From a virus (Duplodnaviria; Caudoviricetes), in the IMG/VR virus record IMGVR_UViG_3300020577_010931, positions 1-64,000 of that record: a stretch of 64,000 bases of DNA; one strand, 5' to 3'. The number at the start of each line of letters is the position of its first letter. Positions within the stretch are counted from its first letter, which is position 1. The notes beneath the pieces were generated by a model, which saw only the letters and a list, made by a program, of their open reading frames with translations, was not told the origin of the DNA and made no database searches. The position numbers and the translations under genes were made by a program. Shown here in pieces: positions 56,531 to 64,000 of the stretch.

Positions 56531-57059
56531 GACACTCGAGAAGTTCCCGTATCTGACGTATCTCCCTCTTACTGCGGAAGCTGACGTCGAACAGCTTCTG
56601 CAGAAGGAAATCGCCTACGGTGGGTCCTGGATCAAGCGCGGCGGTATCGGTGCGTTTATGATGCTGGCTCGGAAGTGGGATCGTATCGAGACTCAGGTCA
56701 GCGGGACGGCAGGTGTCGACAAGTACGACATCGTCGGTGCGATTCTGAAGAATCCGGACCCAGGCGGGATTCTGGATGACATCGGCGATCTCCGTCGATA
56801 TCTGGCTCTCGTGGAAGCGTACGCTCACACGAAGCTCCATGGTCCTTCCAGCGCCGGGGCTGAGATCCTGAAGGCTGGTGAGTGGGAAGAGAGACCTGCT
56901 CACGCGGCAACCCATTCGCTTCCTTGGCAAATTGCCGAGAGAGCGAAAGTTTCCGCCGGTGGAGATTCTCAGTCAGACCATGTTGACGGGATGGCTCAAC
57001 CATTCGGTTTCGACGCATCAACTGATAGCGCGCCTGAATTTGAGGCGACGCACCAGTAG
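56508..57059 (+). CDS. MazG-like nucleotide-modification-associated protein (Nmad1/DUF1599-like)
   Basis: K..YGGSW.KRG..G..RK.DR; D...DL..YL.L. Confidence 0.65.
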   Translation: MLTQQSSETLEKFPYLTYLPLTAEADVEQLLQKEIAYGGSWIKRGGIGAFMMLARKWDRIETQVSGTAGVDKYDIVGAILKNPDPGGILDDIGDLRRYLALVEAYAHTKLHGPSSAGAEILKAGEWEERPAHAATHSLPWQIAERAKVSAGGDSQSDHVDGMAQPFGFDASTDSAPEFEATHQ

Positions 57060-57068
57060 GAGTCAGAC

Positions 57069-58943
57069 ATGCTCTCGCTTCCGGAACTCAAAGGCCCGTT
57101 CGCACTTGACTTGGAAACCAAAGACGGAGGCTTGCAGCATGATCGAGGGCCGGGGTGGGCCTACCCCGGTCATCCTCAGTGGGATGGTTTCATTGCTGGA
57201 TTTGCGATCGCCAATGAGCAATATCCCAGCGGTCTCTATATTCCAATTCGACATCAAGGCGGAGACAACTACGATGAGCAGCAGACTCTGAGATGGATGA
57301 GAGCGGCGGTCAAGCAGGCTCCGTACATCGTAGTCGGTAACGCTCAATACGAAACAGGCTGGTGTTCCCGTGATGATATCGATCTCACTCAGACCCGTAT
57401 CCATGATGTCCTGATTCAAGCGCCTCTCATCTGGGAACACGATTACAACTACAGTCTGGATGAGGTCGCATACAAGTATCTCGGTATTCGAAAGAACGAA
57501 GCTGATCTTCGAGCAGCCATCACCAAAGAGCTTGGAATCACCAAGTTCACAAAGAGTGGCGCGGAAGATAAGGTGAACATCTGGCGTCTCTCCGGTAAGG
57601 GAGCGTCTCCTTACGGTACGACAGATGGTGTTCTGACCTGGGGTCTCTTCAAGAAACTCCAGGATATGATTGTCGAACAGGAACTCGAGCAGGTCTACGA
57701 TCTCGAGTGCGGTATGATTCCTCTCCTGGTATCCATGCGTCGCCAGGGCGTACGAGTAGATCTCAATAAGGCTGAGAAGCTCGAAAAAGAATTCCAGGAG
57801 ATTGAAGACAATATCATTGCGGAGCTGAAGTGGAGAACTGGCTTCACTCTGGTTCCCAGTGATCCCAAGTCGGCAGGTCCCATTCTTCGCGAAGCTGGTA
57901 TCATTCCTCCGAAGACAGCAAAGACCGGCAAGGACAGTATTACGAAGGGATGGCTCGATTCTCTTGGGGCAGAGGCCGGTCAGCTTCCCGGTCTCATCAA
58001 CAAGTGTCGGAAGTATTGGAAGGCGAGAACTACTTTCATCCGAGATTTCATCTACGATTTTGAATATCTAGGTCGAGTTCACAGTGAACTGAATTCTGTC
58101 AAGGGAGAAGCTGGAGGTACGATCGGGGGTAGATTCTCTAGCAAGAATCCCAACCTTCAGCAGATTCCTTCTCGTGACAAGGACATCGGACCCAAGGTCC
58201 GGAGCATGTATCTCCCGGAAGAGGGAGAGCAATGGGCGGCAGTTGACTTCTCGTCCCAGGAGCCACGTCTCACAGTTCACTTTGCTGCTCTAGCGAACGT
58301 TCGAGGCGGACGAGAAGCGAAGCAGAAGTATATTGACAATCCTCGCATCGACTATCATCAGATGGTCGCTGATATGTGCGGAATTTCCAGAAAGGAAGCG
58401 AAGACCATTAATCTTGGCTTGGCCTACGGGATGGGAGGAGTTAAGCTCTGTAAATCCCTGGGTCTCCCCACGGCGTGGAAGAGAAAGCCCAACGGTCAAT
58501 TGATCGAAGTCGCCGGTCCGGAAGGTCAGGCTCTTATCGACAAGTATCATGAGAATGCTCCGTTCGTTCGAGGTCTTATGAGAAAGGCCGAGGACCGAGC
58601 CAAGAAGATGGGATACGTCCGTACCATCCTGGGTCGTCGTTGCCGCTTCCCGAAAATCGAAGGTGAATTCGGTCAATTCGACTGGGTCCACAAGGCAATG
58701 AATCGCATCATCCAGGGTTCGGCTGCCGATTTCACCAAGAAAGCTATGCTCGATCTCTGGCAGGTGGGTGTCCAGCCTCTGGTTTCCGTTCATGACGAAC
58801 TTGGCTTCTCTGTGAAGAGCAAGGAGGAAGCTGAGAAATATGCGAAGATCATGTGTGATGCAATTGAACTTGAGATTCCCATGATCTCGGATATTGAGAT
58901 CGGCATCAATTGGGGATCGTCTATGCTCGGGATGGATATCTGA
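57069..58943 (+). CDS. DNA polymerase family A with 3'-5' exonuclease
   Basis: DLET, NPNLQQIP, DFSSQEPR, AKTINLGLAYG, VHDE. Confidence 0.95.
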   Translation: MLSLPELKGPFALDLETKDGGLQHDRGPGWAYPGHPQWDGFIAGFAIANEQYPSGLYIPIRHQGGDNYDEQQTLRWMRAAVKQAPYIVVGNAQYETGWCSRDDIDLTQTRIHDVLIQAPLIWEHDYNYSLDEVAYKYLGIRKNEADLRAAITKELGITKFTKSGAEDKVNIWRLSGKGASPYGTTDGVLTWGLFKKLQDMIVEQELEQVYDLECGMIPLLVSMRRQGVRVDLNKAEKLEKEFQEIEDNIIAELKWRTGFTLVPSDPKSAGPILREAGIIPPKTAKTGKDSITKGWLDSLGAEAGQLPGLINKCRKYWKARTTFIRDFIYDFEYLGRVHSELNSVKGEAGGTIGGRFSSKNPNLQQIPSRDKDIGPKVRSMYLPEEGEQWAAVDFSSQEPRLTVHFAALANVRGGREAKQKYIDNPRIDYHQMVADMCGISRKEAKTINLGLAYGMGGVKLCKSLGLPTAWKRKPNGQLIEVAGPEGQALIDKYHENAPFVRGLMRKAEDRAKKMGYVRTILGRRCRFPKIEGEFGQFDWVHKAMNRIIQGSAADFTKKAMLDLWQVGVQPLVSVHDELGFSVKSKEEAEKYAKIMCDAIELEIPMISDIEIGINWGSSMLGMDI

Positions 58944-59188
58944 TGAAAGCAAGAGATCTGGGAATCAAAGGGACGCCCTGCACTTGTGAGAGCGAGTGTG
59001 TTCGTGGTGTCCCTCAGCATCACTGTGTTCAATTCGCTGCTCGAACAATGAAGATGGTCGTTCGAGTTTGTGACACATGCCGCGGAAATCGTTGGCATGG
59101 TAACGGTCGTTGTCTCCACTGCGAAGGATACAAGAATGAAGGTTTTCCGAATGTCCCCGCGAGCCCGCCTCCCGGAGAGATCATCTGA
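58943..59188 (+). CDS. Small Cys-rich protein
   Basis: Multiple CxxC; coupled to polymerase stop. Confidence 0.5.
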   Translation: MKARDLGIKGTPCTCESECVRGVPQHHCVQFAARTMKMVVRVCDTCRGNRWHGNGRCLHCEGYKNEGFPNVPASPPPGEII

Positions 59189-59573
59189 GGGAGCAGTCGG
59201 CTACGATCTCTTTGTCTGTCTTCCCGAAGACCGTGAATTCATGGTTATTCATCCCGGGAAGGCTGAGCTCGTTCCGACCGGTCTGAAGATCGACCTGGGG
59301 TGGCATTGGGCGAAGATCGAGTCTCGCTCGGGTCTTGCTCTGAAGAGCGGAGTCTCCGTCCCCTGTGGAGTGATCGACCCAGACTATCGCGGCGAATGGG
59401 GAGTCGTCATCCGGAACAACGGCCCCCTCCCCCTCAGCTTCAAGCACGGCGACAAGGTTGCGCAATTTGTGCTGATGTCGCCACATTTCAGCGATGTCAA
59501 GGAAGTGGACTCGGAGGACAAGCTGACTTCCACCAAGAGAGGCGGCGGTGGTTTCGGGAGCAGTGGATCGTGA
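59136..59573 (+). CDS. dut: Trimeric dUTPase
   Basis: GYDL, SRSGLA, GVIDPDYRGE, RG.GGFGSSG. Confidence 0.95.
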   Translation: MKVFRMSPRARLPERSSEGAVGYDLFVCLPEDREFMVIHPGKAELVPTGLKIDLGWHWAKIESRSGLALKSGVSVPCGVIDPDYRGEWGVVIRNNGPLPLSFKHGDKVAQFVLMSPHFSDVKEVDSEDKLTSTKRGGGGFGSSGS

Positions 59574-60439
59574 GACATCTCACCGATCAGCAGGTCGTCG
59601 TCGATGGGGAGCTCGTATTCCGAGCTTCCTACTCGGCTGGAAGACATTTCGTCACAACGAAGGGAGTTCCCTCGGGCGGCATCTTTCTCTTCATGAAGGC
59701 TCTCAGGGCCATCATCAACCACGAACCGTGCGGGAACGTCTTGGTTGCCTGGGATACGGTGCCGTCCTGGCGACACGAAGTCTTCCCAGACTACAAGGGA
59801 ACCAGGAACTACACTCCTGACCCAGGGAGAAGTGAACAACGCAAGATCATCAAGGACATTCTGTCCTTGCTTGACATCCAGCAGCTTCGTGCTCCAAAAC
59901 ACGAGGCCGACGACATCGCCTCCTGGGTTGCCGGCGTTTCCAAATTGACGACGAAGTTCGTCACCACGGATGCAGATTGGCTTCAGCTCGTTCGAGGAAC
60001 CGATCGAACCTTCTTCGATTTCAAGAGCAAGAAGAAGATCGATATTCACAACTTCGCCAAGGAGACCGAGTACCACGACCCAACTCTGGTTGCTCCTGCG
60101 AAGGCTATCCTTGGTGATGTCGGTGACAATGTCCCGGGCGCTGATGGAATCGGCATCAGGACAGCGATGAAGTATCTCAAGGGAGAACCTGTATCTCCTC
60201 ATGCTCGAGGTCTCATTGAAGCCTGGATGAAGAATCCTGAAGGCTACGAGAGATCTCTCCGTCTCGTGGACCTCACGAAGTATCATCGTGAGGAGATGGG
60301 AGGTGATACGATCGACCAGGTCCCAGAGGACACGAAGAAATGGGACCCGAAAGCAGTCACTGATTTCTTCGTCGATTTCGAATTCAATTCTCTTCTGAAG
60401 GATTTCTCCTTCTTTGATGATTTCCGCATCGAGAGATGA
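59570..60439 (+). CDS. 5'-3' exonuclease (PolI N-terminal/FEN-like)
   Basis: VDG, AWD, YKG.R, EADDI, D.D..Q, GD..DNVPG..GIG. Confidence 0.9.
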   Translation: MRHLTDQQVVVDGELVFRASYSAGRHFVTTKGVPSGGIFLFMKALRAIINHEPCGNVLVAWDTVPSWRHEVFPDYKGTRNYTPDPGRSEQRKIIKDILSLLDIQQLRAPKHEADDIASWVAGVSKLTTKFVTTDADWLQLVRGTDRTFFDFKSKKKIDIHNFAKETEYHDPTLVAPAKAILGDVGDNVPGADGIGIRTAMKYLKGEPVSPHARGLIEAWMKNPEGYERSLRLVDLTKYHREEMGGDTIDQVPEDTKKWDPKAVTDFFVDFEFNSLLKDFSFFDDFRIER

Positions 60440-60606
60440 AGGAGATTATTGAACAGGCCCAGAGTCATATTACCAGAGCATATCAGACTCTGGGCCTGTT
60501 CTTATTGAAATCGCGTATTAACCCAGAGGATCTCAAAGCTGCTATAGTGGAAGTGCAGTCTGCAGAGCAATGTCTGCAGGAGATTCAATCTCGGGTGAAG
60601 AAGTGA
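60436..60606 (+). CDS. 56-aa helical protein
   Basis: ATGA/GTGA-coupled at both ends. Confidence 0.55.
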   Translation: MKEIIEQAQSHITRAYQTLGLFLLKSRINPEDLKAAIVEVQSAEQCLQEIQSRVKK

Positions 60607-60857
60607 ACGTCGATTTCTGCTATACCGCGAAGGGAAACCGGAACTCCAACGGAAATCAGATCCTGGAGTGGTACTCCTGGGGTCGCTCGCTGAGAGAAAT
60701 CTCGGCGCTCTGCAAGAAGAAATGGGGCCGGGACTTCTCTTATCAGTCGGTACGACGCTTCCTCATTAACGAAGGCGTCTATCTTCCAGACGAAAAGCGT
60801 CGCCAAACTGCCATCGCTACGCGGGCGAGTGTTACACCACGTAACACCGACGCGTAG
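60603..60857 (+). CDS. HTH-like protein
   Basis: G.SLREIS..S.QSVRRFL...GV. Confidence 0.6.
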   Translation: MNVDFCYTAKGNRNSNGNQILEWYSWGRSLREISALCKKKWGRDFSYQSVRRFLINEGVYLPDEKRRQTAIATRASVTPRNTDA

Positions 60858-60927
60858 CGGTGGCTCCCTACTGGTCGTGCATGGGGCCGCTGCCCTACCC
60901 TAGCCGGGTGGCGCAAGGGGCAAGGTA

Positions 60928-60961
60928 GAGCATTTGTGGTGTGGCGACAGTGTCTCAAGCC
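60928..60961. promoter_or_regulatory. Dispersed 34-bp motif, copy 2
   Basis: Identical flanks to 4017-4050. Confidence 0.7.
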
Positions 60962-61024
60962 TTTGGCACGCCTAGCATTTTGCCCCATGTGCTTTACGAT
61001 GTCTTTTTTCTACATGGAGCCATC

Positions 61025-61489
61025 ATGCAGACCTTCCTTCCCATGGAGAGCTTCTCTGAGTCGCTCGAATGCCTGGACTATCAGCGTCTAGGAAAACAGA
61101 GACTGGAAGCTGATTGGCTGATACGAACCCTAGAGGAAAACGGACCTCGTCGCCATCATCCAGCAGCCAAGATGTGGGAAGGTCACGTTGCGTGGCTTAT
61201 TGACTACTACAATGAAACATTGACTCAATGGATTTCTCGCGGTTACAAGAATACGATGGAATTCCGACCGAAACGAGCCTTCCTAGGTGAGAAGCCGTGG
61301 TGGCTGGGATATCAACCTTTTCATGACTCTCACAAGTCCAATCTTCTGAGAAAGAAGCCAGGATTCTACGGAATCTATCTCTGGGGCGGTATGTCCCCTG
61401 ATCTAGAGTACATCTGGCCGCATCCTACCGAACGGAAATACATTCTAGGGAAAGCGAACCGCAATTGGATCGAGGCCCCCTTGCCCTAA
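61025..61489 (+). CDS. Pyrimidine-dimer DNA glycosylase-like (MSMEG_6728 type)
   Basis: MQTFLP...LD..RLGKQR.EA, HPA.KMW.G, H.SH.SNLLRK.P..Y. Confidence 0.85.
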   Translation: MQTFLPMESFSESLECLDYQRLGKQRLEADWLIRTLEENGPRRHHPAAKMWEGHVAWLIDYYNETLTQWISRGYKNTMEFRPKRAFLGEKPWWLGYQPFHDSHKSNLLRKKPGFYGIYLWGGMSPDLEYIWPHPTERKYILGKANRNWIEAPLP

Positions 61490-61535
61490 GACCGCTTATG
61501 CGGTAGGATAAGGTCCTTCACAAGGAGCCGCGCCC

Positions 61536-62789
61536 GTGGAACATGACGTCGTGCTTGATTCTGCCCCTGTGAGTTCTATTGTCCTCACAGAACGGCAGCA
61601 ATTCGCACTGGATGATATTCGAGATTGGATGAGTCAGCCATACGACGGGAACCCCTATGTCATTCACGGATTTGCCGGGACGGGCAAGTCTACTCTGATG
61701 GGAAAGATTCTCCAAGAAGTCAGTATGCCTGGGCTGGCTCTTATGGCTCCCACGGGCAAGGCGGCGAAGGTTCTGTCCTCGAAGACCGGGAAGAAGGCAA
61801 CTACGATTCATAAGTTCCTCTACAAGCCCGTGGAGGATGAGCTCTCGGAACTCCAGGAGCAGCTTGGTCAGCTCCATGCCGAACGTGATCATGCTGAACT
61901 GGATGACGCCATTGCTCGATATGACGATCTCATCAAGACGGTAGATGCTCGCATCAAAGAACTCACGGATGATGGGGCCGGAGAAGATCTTCGTTTCATG
62001 TATAGAGGTCCCAAGGAGGGAACTCAGACCATCGTGGTGGATGAAACCTCGATGGTCGCGGCTGATATCATGGAAGACCTCCTTGAGCTCAATATCCGCA
62101 TGATTCTCATGGGAGACCCAGGACAGCTCACGCCAGTCAAAGCGAAGGCGGGCTGGGATGGAATGGAACCGAATGTCTTCCTGGACCAAATTGTTCGGAC
62201 GACGGGTGCCGGCTCTGGTATCAATCTCGCAGCCCAGGCGATTCGCAAAAACAGAGCCTACCACAATGGAGAAGGCTTCCAGATCTTTGATCGGGGTCAG
62301 CTCACCTGGGATCAGTATCTAGAAGCTGACCTCGTACTCTGTGGCAGGAACAAGCTACGTCAGGCATTGAACAAGGGTATTCGGAAGAAGCTCGGCTTCA
62401 CCAGTCCTTATCCGTCTCCTGGGGAGCCTGTGATCTGCCTCGGGAACAACCCGCAGTTCGATATCGTCAACGGCGAAATCCTGACGCTGGTTGAACTTGA
62501 CAACACCAAGAGACAGATCTGGTCTGGCTGGTTCAGATCAGACGACGACAAAGTCAAGCACATCAAGTTCTGGTCTCCTCTCTTCGAGGATGATCAGGCG
62601 CGAACATACGTCCCAGCCGGCATCGCAATGCTCACTCATGCTCGTTGTCTCACCGTCCACAAGGCTCAGGGTTCAGAAGCGAATCGAGTCGTAGTCTGTG
62701 ATGACTGGACCGGCAGCGATTATGACAAGTGGCTCTATACAGGAGTCACCCGCGGGAAGTCTCATGTGAGTCTCGTGAGGTCAGTGTGA
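61536..62789 (+). CDS. Dda/RecD-like SF1 helicase
   Basis: GFAGTGKS, APTGKAA, VDETSM, GDPGQL, TVHKAQGSE, YT..TR. Confidence 0.92.
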   Translation: MEHDVVLDSAPVSSIVLTERQQFALDDIRDWMSQPYDGNPYVIHGFAGTGKSTLMGKILQEVSMPGLALMAPTGKAAKVLSSKTGKKATTIHKFLYKPVEDELSELQEQLGQLHAERDHAELDDAIARYDDLIKTVDARIKELTDDGAGEDLRFMYRGPKEGTQTIVVDETSMVAADIMEDLLELNIRMILMGDPGQLTPVKAKAGWDGMEPNVFLDQIVRTTGAGSGINLAAQAIRKNRAYHNGEGFQIFDRGQLTWDQYLEADLVLCGRNKLRQALNKGIRKKLGFTSPYPSPGEPVICLGNNPQFDIVNGEILTLVELDNTKRQIWSGWFRSDDDKVKHIKFWSPLFEDDQARTYVPAGIAMLTHARCLTVHKAQGSEANRVVVCDDWTGSDYDKWLYTGVTRGKSHVSLVRSV

Positions 62790-63244
62790 CGGAAGCTGAT
62801 TTCTGGAAACGACTCCAACGTCACCTGGGTCGGAACGCTCAGAGAATTGAGAATAGAGTCGGCGTCGGAATACCCGACATTCTTCTCACATATCCTACAA
62901 ATCAGATTGTCTTCCTTGAACTCAAGGTCGGCCATTATCTCTGGAACCGATCTCTTGGGTTCAAGGTGACTCTACATGATATTCGACCAGCCCAGAAGAT
63001 CTGGCATCGCAACTTCGCTGACATAGGAGGCAAGTCTTTCATTCTAGCTGAGTGTCTGGCTTTGGAGGAACGGAAGAGGAAGCTCTTCCTCTTCAAGTCC
63101 TATCCTCACAGAAATTGGCCGGGAGACATGGAGGGTATGCTCTTTGATCAGTATCGCGAACTCTTCCCAGACTCCTGGGTTTTCGAAGATGATCTCTCGA
63201 TATGTTTCCCCGATCTATTGTCAAAAATGATTAGTCCTCTGTAA
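62786..63244 (+). CDS. PD-(D/E)xK nuclease, Holliday-junction-resolvase-like
   Basis: RIEN..G.G.PD...FLELK. Confidence 0.75.
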   Translation: MTEADFWKRLQRHLGRNAQRIENRVGVGIPDILLTYPTNQIVFLELKVGHYLWNRSLGFKVTLHDIRPAQKIWHRNFADIGGKSFILAECLALEERKRKLFLFKSYPHRNWPGDMEGMLFDQYRELFPDSWVFEDDLSICFPDLLSKMISPL

Positions 63245-63305
63245 AATTCTCTTTGTCATAGCGACAAACTGAGAGTACTCTGACGGGATCAAACACGAGG
63301 TCCCG

Positions 63306-63890
63306 ATGACTCTGTACTTTGGCTTTGACACCGAAACGACTGGTCTCCGCAAATTCAAGGAGCCGTCGTCCAGTCCCAATCAGCCTGACCTCGTACAGCT
63401 TGCCGCGCTGCTCTACGACGAGAAAGAATTCTACGGCGCGATCAATTTGATCGTGATTCCTGAGAGACCGATCGAGCCAGAGGCCGAGAAGACTCATGGA
63501 ATTTCGATGGAGAAGGCCCAGAAGTTCGGAGTCAGTCGTCGCTCGGCGCTTTCTATTTTTCACAATATGGCGAAGCGAGCTGACTATTACGTCGCACACA
63601 ATCTCGCGTTCGATCTCGGCATTATGGAAACGGCGTATCATCGAGAGAATCAAGATCCTGCGGCTCTTCTGAGACCCAAGAGATTCTGCACGATGCTTGA
63701 GACAACACCTCTTCTCAAGATTCCTTCTCCCCAGATTGCTGGGAAATTCAAGTGGCCTTCCTTGATGGAAGCCTACAAGGCGTACATTGATCCGAATGGA
63801 TTTGAGGGAGCTCACGACGCGCTGGCTGATGTGAGAGCTTGCGTCTCCATTCATCGGCATCTCATTGCCAATGGACTCGTCGTCCGCTAA
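63306..63890 (+). CDS. DEDDh 3'-5' exonuclease (DnaQ-like)
   Basis: DTETTG, AHN..FD, AHDA.ADV. Confidence 0.9.
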   Translation: MTLYFGFDTETTGLRKFKEPSSSPNQPDLVQLAALLYDEKEFYGAINLIVIPERPIEPEAEKTHGISMEKAQKFGVSRRSALSIFHNMAKRADYYVAHNLAFDLGIMETAYHRENQDPAALLRPKRFCTMLETTPLLKIPSPQIAGKFKWPSLMEAYKAYIDPNGFEGAHDALADVRACVSIHRHLIANGLVVR

Positions 63891-63926
63891 TAGCGGTTTG
63901 CATCTAGTCAAGAACAGGCTTGCGTT

Positions 63927-64000
63927 ATGGCTGACACTGAGAATACAGTTGAGGACGATACTCCTGCTCAGAAGAGAGGGAGGACCAAGAACCCGTCGAA
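63927..64000 (+). CDS. Truncated ORF at window edge
   Basis: ATG at 63927, open to the end. Confidence 0.4.
   Translation, partial: MADTENTVEDDTPAQKRGRTKNPS

Noticed and set aside
1-64000. Frequent CCTGGG / CTGGGTC motif as a Chi- or KOPS-like signal
   Set aside because: Visibly common but I cannot count it against a codon-aware null; Leu-Gly codon pairs could explain it
1-64000. tRNA, integrase, terminase, primase, DpdA/queuosine genes
   Set aside because: No sequence I could recognise in this window; they may lie outside it

Overview
This window is most of a tailed dsDNA phage genome with a siphovirus-type, lambda-like tail tip. An alphaproteobacterial host is only a guess. From left to right: (i) about 12 kb of small early/accessory genes, with nine copies of one phage-specific promoter cassette (TGASCT-N9-AGSTCA-N7-YAYNNT-hairpin-GGAG); (ii) a 1,435-bp island (12700-14134) with no GA or TC dinucleotide, although these are abundant elsewhere; its main gene is a recoded, Asp/Glu-free paralogue of the upstream gene, and GA/TC-dense repeat arrays flank it on both sides; (iii) portal, about 6 kb of small ORFs, scaffold, P22-coat-like capsid, neck, tail tube, frameshifted chaperone, tape measure, lambda M/L/K/I/J-like tip, fibre/LamG-SPRY proteins, and a lysis cassette (GH19 endolysin, holin-like proteins, spanins); (iv) a replication and thymidine-modification module: SNF2 helicase, SSB-like protein, 5-hmdU DNA kinase, GT-B glycosyltransferase, dUMP hydroxymethylase-like TS, HD and MazG-like nucleotide enzymes, family A polymerase, dUTPase, 5'-3' exonuclease, pyrimidine-dimer glycosylase, Dda/RecD-like helicase, resolvase-like nuclease and DnaQ-like exonuclease. 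I recognised no terminase, primase, integrase, tRNA or CRISPR array. Leading hypothesis (inference): virion DNA is hypermodified in the TC context, and the phage keeps one modification-free gene island plus modification-free promoter-melting windows to start transcription from a modified genome. All family calls come from motif recognition by eye, not database searches.
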